From Octopus vulgaris (lineage: Eukaryota), in contig OX597824.1 of NCBI GenBank assembly GCA_951406725.2, forward strand, positions 12,958,001 through 13,022,000: a DNA stretch of 64,000 nt, in the 5' to 3' direction. Under the pieces are notes generated by a model that ran no database searches, had not been told where the DNA came from, and was given only the letters and a program-made list of their open reading frames with translations. The number at the start of each line of letters is the position of its first letter. Positions within the stretch are counted from its first letter, which is position 1. Shown here piece after piece: positions 25,685 through 36,245 of the stretch. A program made the position numbers and the translations under genes.

Positions 25685-25791
25685 ATTTCTTATACGATAT
25701 ACCGTTTCATCTGCTGATTAATGGTAAACTAACCTGATTAAATTAAATCAAGCCAATCTTCCACAGGCCCTCAGATTCTTCAGTAAGAAAT
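25685..25791 (-). ncRNA. Type I hammerhead ribozyme, copy 1
   Basis: AUUUCUUA-CUGAAGA-AUCUG...CAGAU-GAAA-CGGUAUAUCG-UA/UAAGAAAU: 8-bp stem I, intact core, GUA cleavage triplet. Confidence 0.8.
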
Positions 25792-26176
25792 AGCCCAAGA
25801 CGGAACAGATATTTTCACGAGGCATTTCCGACGTTGCCAAGTTTATATCTGACCTAAAATTTTCAAATCGTCGCACTCACGCCAAATTTATCGGCAGCAA
25901 ATAAATATAAGCCGTCGATTCCATTACGGAATTAACCAGAAAATTCATAATTAATCAATATAGGGTGGCAAAAAAAATTTTGTAGAATTCTTTTGCCACC
26001 AGCGGCCTAGTAGGAAAAAATTAAAATAGTCATAGACCATTTTTAAGTTCAACATCAACAATAAAGGAACGGCCATAATAGGCCATTCACCCACTAGAAA
26101 TAACAGCCAAAGCTTCAACCGCAAATAAAAGTTAATTCAGTAAACCAGGAGAAAATTTAAAAACATTTACCCTGTA

Positions 26177-26283
26177 ATTTCTTATACGATATACCGTTTC
26201 ATCTGCTGATTAATGGTAAACTAACCTGATTAAATTAAATCAAGCCAATCTTCCACAGGCCCTCAGATTCTTCAGTAAGAAAT
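26177..26283 (-). ncRNA. Type I hammerhead ribozyme, copy 2
   Basis: Identical to copy 1, 492 bp away. Confidence 0.8.
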
Positions 26284-26668
26284 AGCCCAAGACGGAACAG
26301 ATATTTTCACGAGGCATTTCCGACGTTGCCAAGTTTATATCTGACCTAAAATTTTCAAATCGTCGCACTCACGCCAAATTTATCGGCAGCAAATAAATAT
26401 AAGCCGTCGATTCCATTACGGAATTAACCAGAAAATTCATAATTAATCAATATAGGGTGGCAAAAAAATTTTGTAGAATTCTTTTGCCACCAGCGGCCTA
26501 GTAGGAAAAAATTAAAATAGTCATAGACCATTTTTAAGTTCAACATCAACAATAAAGGAACGGCCATAATAGGCCATTCACCCACTAGAAATAACAGCCA
26601 AAGCTTCAACCGCAAATAAAAGTTAATTCAGTAAACCAGGAGAAAATTTTAAAAACATTTACCCTGTA

Positions 26669-26775
26669 ATTTCTTATACGATATACCGTTTCATCTGCTG
26701 ATTAATGGTAAACTAACCTGATTAAATTAAATCAAGCCAATCTTCCACAGGCCCTCAGATTCTTCAGTAAGAAAT
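26669..26775 (-). ncRNA. Type I hammerhead ribozyme, copy 3
   Basis: Identical to copy 1. Confidence 0.8.
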
Positions 26776-27037
26776 AGCCCAAGACGGAACAGATATTTTC
26801 ACGAGGCATTTCCGACGTTGCCAAGTTTATATCTGACCTAAAATTTTCAAATCGTCGCACTCACGCCAAATTTATCGGCAGCAAATAAATATAAGCCGTC
26901 GATTCCATTACGGAATTAACCAGAAAATTCATAATTAATAAATTTGGCGTGAGTGCGACGATTTGAAAATTTTAGGTCAGATATAAACTTGGCAACGTCG
27001 GAAATGCCTCGTGAAAATATCTGTTCCGTCTTGGGCT

Positions 27038-27144
27038 ATTTCTTACTGAAGAATCTGAGGGCCTGTGGAAGATTGGCTTGATTTAATTTAATCAGGTTAG
27101 TTTACCATTAATCAGCAGATGAAACGGTATATCGTATAAGAAAT
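27038..27144 (+). ncRNA. Type I hammerhead ribozyme, copy 4 (inverted arm); predicted cleavage after 27136
   Basis: ATTTCTTA 27038-45, CTGAAGA 27046-52, GAAA 27121-24, CGGTATATCG, TA, TAAGAAAT 27137-44. Confidence 0.8.
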
Positions 27145-27530
27145 TACAGGGTAAATGTTTTTTAAATTTTCTCCTGGTTTACTGAATTAACTTTTATTTG
27201 CGGTTGAAGCTTTGGCTGTTATTTCTAGTGGGTGAATGGCCTATTATGGCCGTTCCTTTATTGTTGATGTTGAACTTAAAAATGGTCTATGACTATTTTA
27301 ATTTTTTCCTACTAGGCCGCTGGTGGCAAAAGAATTCTACAAAATTTTTTTTGCCACCCTATATTGATTAATTATGAATTTTCTGGTTAATTCCGTAATG
27401 GAATCGACGGCTTATATTTATTTGCTGCCGATAAATTTGGCGTGAGTGCGACGATTTGAAAATTTTAGGTCAGATTTAAACTTGGCAACGTCGGAAATGC
27501 CTCGTGAAAATATCTGTTCCGTCTTGGGCT

Positions 27531-27637
27531 ATTTCTTACTGAAGAATCTGAGGGCCTGTGGAAGATTGGCTTGATTTAATTTAATCAGGTTAGTTTACCA
27601 TTAATCAGCAGATGAAACGGTATATCGTATAAGAAAT
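27531..27637 (+). ncRNA. Type I hammerhead ribozyme, copy 5 (inverted arm)
   Basis: Same motif 493 bp downstream of copy 4. Confidence 0.8.
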
Positions 27638-28514
27638 TACAGGGTAAATGTTTTTTAAATTTTCTCCTGGTTTACTGAATTAACTTTAATTTGCGGTTGA
27701 AGCTTTGGCTGTTAATTTCTAGTGGGTGAATGGCCTATTATGGCCGTTCCTTTATTGTTGATGTTGAACTTAAAAATGGTCTATGACTATTTTAATTTTT
27801 TCCTACTAGGCCGCTGGTGGCAAAAGAATTCTACAAAATTTTTTTTGCCACCCTATATTGATTAATATATATATATATATATATATATATGCATGTATAT
27901 ATACATGTAGATGTAGGTACGTACATATATGTATGTATGTATGCAATTATTTTATTTATTACACTATTGTATGACAGCACCCTCGCGTTGATTCGATTCG
28001 ATTCGTTCGTTTCGTTCCATTCTTCTTCTCCAAGTACTGTTTGATATATATATATATATATAGGCGTAGGAGTGGCTGTGTGGTAAGTAGCTTGCTTAGC
28101 AACCACATGGTTCCAGGTTCAGTCCCACTGTGTGGCACCTTGAGCAAGTGTCTTCTTCTATAGCCTCGGGCTGACCAAAGCCTTGTGAGTGGATTTGGTA
28201 GATGGAAACTGAAAGAAACCCGTCATATATATGTATGTGTGTGTGTATATGTGTTTATGTGTCTGTGTTTGTCGCCCCAATATCACTTGACAACTGATGC
28301 TGGTGTGTTTACATCCCCCATAACTTAGTGGTTTGGCACAAGCGACCGAACCGCTGCTTGAGATATATATATATTAGAAATGATCTCGTGTTAGATAGCA
28401 ACCATCTTTGGCTATTTTGACCCTGTTGTGTCCACTGCTCTGATTGGTTGACTGTGGCGCAGTTTGTCTCTTGGCTTATTTCGTGCCAGTGTGTAAGCCA
28501 ACCAATGACGGCTT

Positions 28515-28670
28515 TCGGATAAGGTTCCATGACAGTCTTTTGGGGGTTTCACTGGAGCCCACCTCAGGACTAGAACCAAAGACGAGAAATAGTGATTTGC
28601 TGGCGTCTTTTATAACCTGAGGTGGGCTCCAGTGAAACCCCCAAAAAGACTGTCATGGGACCTTATCTGA
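28515..28670. repeat. Inverted repeat with ~54-bp arms and a ~47-bp spacer
   Basis: TCGGATAAGGTTCCATGACAGTCTTTTGGGGGTTTCACTGGAGCCCACCTCAGG mirrored at 28616-28670. Confidence 0.9.
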
Positions 28671-29808
28671 CCACAGACTCAGCCAATTCCAGCGACAGAC
28701 AACCAGACCAGCCAGTTTAAGTGACATTAGACCCCCCAACAAACGCCCATAAATTAAATGCATCTCTCTGGGCCACGATCGAGGCTCGTCGCACTTTATG
28801 TGTTAATAAACTCCAGCTTTGTTGTCTGAGATACGCACACACATTGTTATTATCAGTATTCTCATTTTATCCCTGCAAGAAAGAAAAATGGATATTTCAT
28901 GTTGATTTTTCCTTGTGGTAAATATCTGATGCCCATAACATAAAAACTCGAAGACTGTTAAAAAAAAAAAATTAAATAATAAAAGAAAATAGAGGTGGGA
29001 TTAAAAATGTACACAAACGAACGTATGTAAAAAAAAAAAAGATAAAAATCAGAAAGCAATGATTTAAAAATCTGCGCTCAAACGAATAAGTGTCCTAAAC
29101 TAAAGGTTTATTTAATTAATATTAATATAGGCGCAGGAGTGGCTGTGTGGTAAGTAGCTTGCTTAGTAACCACATGGTTCCGTGGCACCTTCTACTATAG
29201 CCTCGGGCAGACCAAAGCCTTGTGAGTGGATTAGGTAGACGGAAACAAAGAAAACCGTCGTATATATGTACATATATGTATGTGCGTGTATGTTTGTGTG
29301 TGTGTGTGTGTATGTCCCACCCCCCAAAATCGCTTGACAACCGATGCTGGTGTGTTTACTTAGCGGTTCGGCATAATAGCTGATAGAATAAGTACTAGGC
29401 TTCCAAAGGCGGTGCTCCAGCATAGCCGCAGTCAAATGACTGAAACAAGTAAAAAATTAAAGGTATTAAACTGTACGTAAACACATAATAAAGGTGACAA
29501 ATTGAAAGCAGAGCAGAAACTCAAAGAGCACCGTTTTGACTATCATCATTTAAGTCTTGCAAACTTGAAATAAAATAAAGCATAAGTTGCCAGGAAACTT
29601 ATTGAAATGCCATAGATTGGATAAATCTATACTACTACTACTACTGATGGTGATGATGAAAATAATAATTTGGGCAATGAACTATCACACAGTTTCTTTT
29701 AAGGAAACATTCTGTAAACTTTCCGCGTGTTGTTGTTAATTTAGTTACTGTAGGAAATTTGAAGAATACACGTAGATCGATGAAAAAGTATTGATTTTTA
29801 ATATTCAC

Positions 29809-29873
29809 CTTTGGCGTATGAGAGCAATTAATTCATTTTGTTTCACATAAAATTTGTTAGCATGACATTCCAT
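29809..29873 (-). CDS. KIZ: Kizuna-like centrosomal protein, coding exon 1 (MECHANKFYVKQNELIALIRQS)
   Basis: ATG at 29873 and donor AG|GTGAAT at 29808, phase 2. Joined to exon 2 it reads NKFYVKQNELIALIRQSERERVNLEMQL, which resembles the vertebrate kizuna N-terminus as I recall it (YYERLGQLQHGLRDSEKKRLDLEKKL). Confidence 0.8.
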
Positions 29874-29905
29874 CTCGGAACGGATCTCTCAAATCCTCTG
29901 TTGCT

Positions 29906-29928
29906 GTTGCTAGAGTAACTAGGGTGAC
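29906..29928. promoter_or_regulatory. RFX X-box (GTTGCT-AG-AGTAAC) with an overlapping weaker X-box-like site
   Basis: Fits the RFX consensus GTNRCY-N0-3-RGYAAC and lies 33 bp upstream of the ATG of a centrosomal/ciliary gene. Confidence 0.65.
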
Positions 29929-29954
29929 GACTAGAAATTATCCCCAATACAATA

Positions 29955-29995
29955 AATTTCCGGTCGGAAGACTAAAGAAGCACCGCTAGGTGAGT
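29955..29995 (+). other. Probable short non-coding first exon of a divergent transcript
   Basis: ETS-like TTCCGG/CGGAAG motifs at 29958-29970, followed by a consensus donor CTAG|GTGAGT at 29990. No downstream exons identified. Confidence 0.4.
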
Positions 29996-30764
29996 TTGCG
30001 GAATTGTTCGAGGGTCGGATACAACAGTTGTAATTAATGCTTTCAAAGAAAAAAAAAAATCCTTTTTTGCTGAATCTTTATGAAATAGATAACGCATGCA
30101 CCCAGATATCTTCACCATGGTATAAGGCATGGCAATTTGTCCGGTCCTTTTAAATCATCGTAGACCTTTCTGTGAGAAGCATTGCTTTGTGGTATCTATT
30201 CCGACTCGCTGTGTTCTGATTTCAAATCTCATTCCGGTCAATAACCAAGTACAAAGGTCAATTCTTTTCTTTTCTCTATTTTAGTCTTTTTTTCGAAATA
30301 CCGGCTTTGTTGTGTCATAAGAAGGGTCGTGGGTTATTAAAAAAAATAAAATAAATAAATGAGCCCTTTATAAAGCCTAGCCAGGTTCACGGGCCCGGTT
30401 TCTATGGCGCATGTGTACCCCAGCTGGGCGGGACGCCAGTCCATCGCAGCGTTACTTATTTTTGCCAGCTGAGTGGACTGGAGCAACGTAAAATGAAATG
30501 TTTTACTCAAGAACACAACGCGTCGCCCGGTCTAGGAATCGAAACCACAATCTTACGATCATGGTGCTGATACCCTAACCACTAAGCCACGCGCCTCCCG
30601 TGGGTTATTACTCACTGCATTCTTTCCTCCAGAAAATAGAGAAAGACTGAGTAAAAGATTAATTAGAAAACTTTTCTCATAGTAGTAGTAGTACAAGTAG
30701 GAAACTGATATACTACTGAAACCGTCTGAGAACGCACTCGTATTCGCGTTATTTTTGTTTAATA

Positions 30765-31162
30765 TCTTTATATATAAAAGTCAAGTTGTGTGTCTGTCTC
30801 CTACGATTTAGATTCCTAACTACTCCCACATTTTGCGGTGCAGTTTAATCAAAACCGGGTATCTTATAGTCGTGATTCATATCGAGCCCTTCTGCGTATT
30901 AGCGCGCGTCTACGATGAGTCTACGATTTTAAAAATAATTTACCATCATTTTTTTCCATTTTAATGCATTTTTTCGTTATTATATAAGGGAAGTAACTCT
31001 CTAAAAATGTCTACGATGAGTCAACGATTTAAAAAAAAATTGCCATCATTTTTTTCCCATTTTTAATGCATTTTTTTGCTATTTTTTTTGCTATAACTCT
31101 CTAAAAATGCTTATATAGTTATTTCCCTTACAAACCCAAGCAACGCCGGGCGATACTGCTAG
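30765..31162 (+). mobile_element. Non-autonomous Helitron
   Basis: A|TCTTTATATATAAAAG ... CCCAAGCAACGCCGGG-CGATACTG-CTAG|T; same family as 24912-25207. Confidence 0.78.
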
Positions 31163-31328
31163 TCTTCAATAAAAAAATCGAGACCTTTGCTGTCAAATGT
31201 TAAATAGTCTGACGATTTTAAGGACACAATAGACGAGAGCCTAAATTCGGTCATTTTAAATATAAACAAAAGAGACAAATATTTAAAACTAAGAATTTCA
31301 ATCTCCAGCAGACTGCCACTTTATTTTC

Positions 31329-31748
31329 GGCGATCTTTCGTCTCTAGTAGACCTTTCCGTCGATTTCCGTAAAAAAAATTTTTTTTTTTACATATGGGCT
31401 TGCGGGAACTTTTGAAGTAAGATACATACATATACACATACACCGAGTAAAAAATTTCAGTTATCTCTTTCTTTCACACATTACTCTGTCTCTTCACACA
31501 CACTAACAGAAGCACTTCACTTACACAACATACTGTCTGTCTCCCACACCCCATCAAACACACACACACATGTACATCAATGCTTCACATGCACGGTAAC
31601 TTCAAAAGAACTTCCTCGTCATACAATCGCTTTCTCTTAGTCTCTTTCGCTCTCATTACTTCAAAAGTTCCCGCAAGCCCATATGTAAAAAAAAAAAAAA
31701 AAAATTACGGAAATCGACGGAAAGGTCTACTAGAGACGAAAGATTGCC
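31329..31748. mobile_element. MITE with ~90-bp TIRs and an 8-bp TSD (Merlin-like termini)
   Basis: GGCGATCTTTCGTCTCTAGTAGACC...GGTCTACTAGAGACGAAAGATTGCC; TTATTTTC duplicated at 31321-28 and 31749-56. Confidence 0.88.
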
Positions 31749-32684
31749 TTATTTTCTTATGTCGTAAGCTGTGTAAGCATTAGCGTTAAGTATTTCATGT
31801 TTCCAATGGGGTCTACGGCTTTTCTGGCGGGATCGTGTCATACATAACAAAACTATTTATTTTGGGTTTTCTCTCCGATACACACATTGATTCTGTCTAC
31901 CAGGATTGTTCGTACTAAATATTAGTTAATTTGAGGTAATACTAGGAGGAACATCCACAATGTAAAATGCAGTGTGATCTGACCATGGAAAGAACTTCTT
32001 TGATTACACAACTGGAGCAAGATTGATAATTTAGCGGTCCACATTTGTTGAACAATCGAGCTTATCTTGAATTATGTCCCTTGGTAGTGAGTTACTCCCC
32101 CTTACTGAATAAAGACCTGTATTTGCCGGCGTATAAGACACCCTTTTACGCATAGCTCAGTGGTTAGAGCGTCGAGCTTACGATCGTGAGGTTGTGAGTT
32201 CGATTCCCGGACCGGGCTGCGTGTTGTGTTCTTGAGCAAGACACTTTATTTCACGTTGTTCCAGTTAACTCAGCTGTAGAAATGAGTTGCGACATCACTG
32301 GTACCAAGCTGTATCGGCCCCTTTTGCCTTCCCATTGGATAACATCAGTGGTGTGGAGAGGGGAGGCTGATGTGCATGGGCGACTGCTGGCCTTCCATAA
32401 ACAACCTTGCCCGGACTTGTACCTCGGAGAGTAACTTTCTAGGTGCTATCCCATTGTCATTCATGACCGAAGGGGGTCTCCCATAAGGCACCCTCTTACA
32501 CAAGTCGCACCCCTGTTTCTAGAAGCATATTTTGTGAAATAATAAATTTAGTATGTTTCATCATACACCCATTCAAGAATGCTTTAAAGTAATTTTTTTA
32601 GAGGAAAATGTATGCTTCTGTGCATGTAAATACAATGCTGTTACAGCATACCAGAATAAAGTATGAAGCCATAGGTTTATCATA

Positions 32685-33078
32685 GACTTGCAGAATCGCC
32701 TGGCGTTGCTCAGGTTTGTTTCGACCCTTTAGAATAGGAATTTTTGAAAAGTAAAACGTTTGCATTATGTAGCTTGTTATTTTCTTTAGGTGAACATTTT
32801 TCTGGTTGAAATACACCGAAAAATGGTGACACAGTAGTCAAAAATCGTAAAAAATAGGGATTTTCATAGAAAATAAAGCGTCTTTTTGATGTAACTAATT
32901 TTGGGGTTTAACATGGTCCTATTTGAAATTTTTCTTCTACGGAAGGAAGAGGAAGTCTTCTTCTATCATACTCTCAATTTTGGTCAACTTGCACCGCAGG
33001 GTCTCGGAGGAGATAATGTTAGTTGAAGGCTACCAAACCTGCCATACACAGACAACTTCAGCTTTATATATAGAGAGA
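32685..33078 (-). mobile_element. Non-autonomous Helitron, diverged
   Basis: Same terminal motifs (CGCCTGGCGTTGCTCAGG; TTTATATATAGAGAGAT) with a mutated CTAG. Confidence 0.6.
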
Positions 33079-33337
33079 TAATAATATAGGAGAACTGTAT
33101 TCCAACTCTATCCTCTTTCAGATAGACTGAAGAGTTGTTTATATTTCGGTCACGAAAATTGCCATGCAGGATATAAAACTTGTTATTTTTAGCTGTAAGA
33201 TTTCTTGTTATCGACATCGGCCACCATTAATTAAGCAACACCGCTGTGATTTTGTTGTCACCCAGTTTGACGAAAATTTAACATTCTGTCCATTTTTCTT
33301 GCAGATGTTTCTCATTTAGATAATTTTTTAAAATGTC

Positions 33338-33778
33338 GGATCTTTTCGGTTTGAACGGCAGCTTTTAACATAATTTCTAGGTAACTAAAAAACTTTTAAC
33401 TTCGTATACTGGTAGAATGTGTTTATAAAACATCTTTTTCTCTTGGCTTTATTGAGAAAATTCTATAGTTTGTAAGATATTTGTTGTTTTTTTCTCTCCA
33501 AATTCTGCAATTTCAACCAATCAATGACGTCTATTGAGGTGAAAACATTCTGTGCCGTATGAATATGTCCCTCGTTTAAGAAACAGATTAGGTTTATTTA
33601 CATTTCTGAAGAAAAAAGATACCCTTCCCCTCACCCCTCACCCTAGCACTAACCAACCCTAACTAACCCTAACCCTAAAACAGATTGAAATGCAATAGAT
33701 CGATACTAGGTCATAATTATAGGTGACAGTTTCATATGACACCGTTTGAAAAAACTGCCGTTCAAACCGAAAAGATCC
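33338..33778. mobile_element. MITE with ~28-bp TIRs and internal degenerate (CCCTAA)n
   Basis: GGATCTTTTCGGTTTGAACGGCAG...CTGCCGTTCAAACCGAAAAGATCC; TSD eroded. Confidence 0.8.
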
Positions 33779-34279
33779 ACTATGACAATAATGTTGTTGT
33801 AGGCAAAACTAACGAGGAAGACGATGATCACTTGGTTCTACTATTTTAGTTATTAAAAAGACGCAACGTTAATCTAAGCATGTTATGTATCATACTTAAT
33901 GAATACACACTGTCGGTAGACCGAGCATTGCGTACCTCATTTGCACACACCAGATTCAATGTTATATTGAACAATGACAAGTGTCTTTGTCAATTTCTTC
34001 CCCAGTTGTTACTTTGGATGCGAAGTAGAAAGTAATTTTCTGCACAATGATTGCAAAAGAATGAAATCCCTTGTTAGTTACTTACCTATTTCTTTGCTTC
34101 AAACAACTACGACCACTTCGTTCATTTAATCAGTGTTCTGAATGAGTGTCTTCTTTCTTTGAATTAATTCAACCCCAACTAAATCATATTTAACTCGCTC
34201 TGAGATTTATCATTGTTTGATTTCACTTTTTCAATATCAGTGTCAATCGATACTGGAAAAAGTATATGTATTTGTGAAG

Positions 34280-35100
34280 GGAGCTGACTTCTCGTCGACA
34301 ACTATGATTGTCACACGCCGATGATAGGTCAATACCTTGAAACTCGAGTCCGTGTGTATCATAAGTTGAAGCCGGGAAGGATGACTTCCCTTCACAAATA
34401 CTGATAGGGCACAGAAAGTGTGTCTATAGCCAGCTGGAGGAGGTGTCTTCTTGGGGCTACAAACTACAGTAGTATCCACCCTTAGGGGTTAGCCATGTTC
34501 AAATGGCAAATATACGTCACGATGTGTTGCCGCTACTGTTTATAACTCGCTCTGAGATTTATCATTATATATATATATATACACGTATATATAAAAATAA
34601 AAGGATATCTCGGTTTTTGTTGCTGTTCTACTTAAAACTCCAATAGTTGATTTCTCTTTCGCTTATTTCACCTGAAGTTCCACAACATATTGCAACTATC
34701 TTTTCTTATCCTACAGTTACGGAGCTTCAAGTTTTCTCTTCAATTGAAATGGAGGTTTAACTGTTATAAATACTGCTAAGAAAGGTAAACTAGTTAATCT
34801 CTCTCTATATAATATTATATAAACTTCAACAAGCGAACCAATTCCTATTTAGTCATACAGTGGAGGGAAAACGAAGAATTAAGATTTTTCTTTGGAGGTT
34901 TCACATTATCAGCTTACAACTATGACACTCGATCAATACCTTACAACGGTAACACAGCTACCGATGCTCTTACAAGATGCTTCTCTGTTACATGTTCTGG
35001 AATTACATAAGCCCTTGAACCATCTTAAAGGGACTTGATTATGGTATTATGTTACATATATAAACTTACCGTTTTCCTTGAAAGATGTTAAAACAGCATT
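34280..35100 (+). pseudogene. Highly degenerate Gypsy-type LTR retrotransposon pol remnant (RNase H-integrase zinc-finger junction)
   Basis: Hand translation gives TLSAYNYDTRSIPYNGNTATDALTR and LHKPLNHLKGT*LWYYVTYINLPFSLKDVK. These resemble the Gypsy LS.Y.YDI.YRPG..N..ADALSR and LH..LCHPG.TR..HFV...NLPFS.EDVK motifs. The left boundary is uncertain. Confidence 0.6.
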
Positions 35101-35947
35101 AAGAGCAAAAACAAAACAAAAACTAACAGACAATCAACAAAGCAAAAACGGAAAGCCTATTAGGAGATGCTGGAAAGCATTTTAGGAGAATAGCTCCATA
35201 CGATTGGCTCCTTTCTTTGCCCTTCATATTACTTGTTGCCTCATGAAAATTGATTTTCAGTCTGTTTCGTCAATGGGACCGTCTTTAACTGTTTCTTCAT
35301 CTGGATTTTTTAAAAGTTAGTTTTGTCTAGATAAATTTATGATTATGCGTGAAAGTGTACTACAAAAATGATCCGTGGAATTTCCAAGAGGAATGCTAGT
35401 GAACACGGAAGCTAAGGCTGGCGGGATTTGAACCCAAAACACCAAAAAAGAAATTCTAAATACAACCAAACATTTCAATAGATTCTCTACTGTTTTTATA
35501 AGTTTAGTAATAACAACGACAAAAATTTGCGGTATCATATTTTATTAATAAAAATTACGAAATGTGCTTGTTAAAAATTTAAAGGTATTGTAGTACTTTC
35601 GAACTAAAATATTTCAGATTCCAGCTGGAACCATCAGGTTTGCTGCATTATAAGGAATTGGACAAGAGCCTGTACCATTATTCAATACAAGCGGGACATT
35701 TCATAATTAGGTTGACACTAAACAGCGTGTTCAGAAACTCAAAGATACGTGAAACAGCTGAACATCAAAACAAATTTATCAACCAAGAAAGGTGGTTCAT
35801 CAAATTACCAGAACATCATGGTGCTTCTGGTAATCAAATGAGATATCTTCCTTTATCGGCATTGATTTGGGAATGTACAACTGTATTGTATGAAGCGTAG
35901 CATGCGTATGAGTGCAGACATGTCAACATAATTTATTATGCACTGAA

Positions 35948-35987
<40 letters not shown>

Positions 35988-36066
35988 GAAGAAGGTTAAA
36001 TAAAAAAATTTACCTCTCATACCTCCTGACTTTTTATGGTACACACACACATTCACACGTGTGTGT

Positions 36067-36156
<90 letters not shown>

Positions 36157-36169
36157 GAGAGAGATAAAT

Positions 36170-36245
<76 letters not shown>

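Larger units (their letters stand above)
25563..27866. mobile_element. Retrozyme-like array of ~492-bp hammerhead-containing units: ~2.8 tandem copies plus ~1.9 inverted copies, flanked by (TA)n
   Basis: Unit starts at 25563, 26055 and 26546. The inverted arm 26938-27866 mirrors ~25947-26875. Copies are near-identical and each contains a hammerhead. Confidence 0.8.

Noticed and set aside
25672-25735. KIZ exon inside the 492-bp unit (AGG|GTAAAT, CAG|GTTAGT)
   Set aside because: The phase-2 frames contain stops, and exon 1 at 29809-29873 joins exon 2 directly.
25963-26011. Helitron 3' end (hairpin plus CTAG) as the explanation for the 492-bp array
   Set aside because: The CTAG is internal and not at an array end or a TC junction; the hammerhead explains the unit better.
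35640-35900. 86-aa ORF as an exon of the divergent transcript
   Set aside because: No donor site and no recognisable family; probably decayed transposon sequence.
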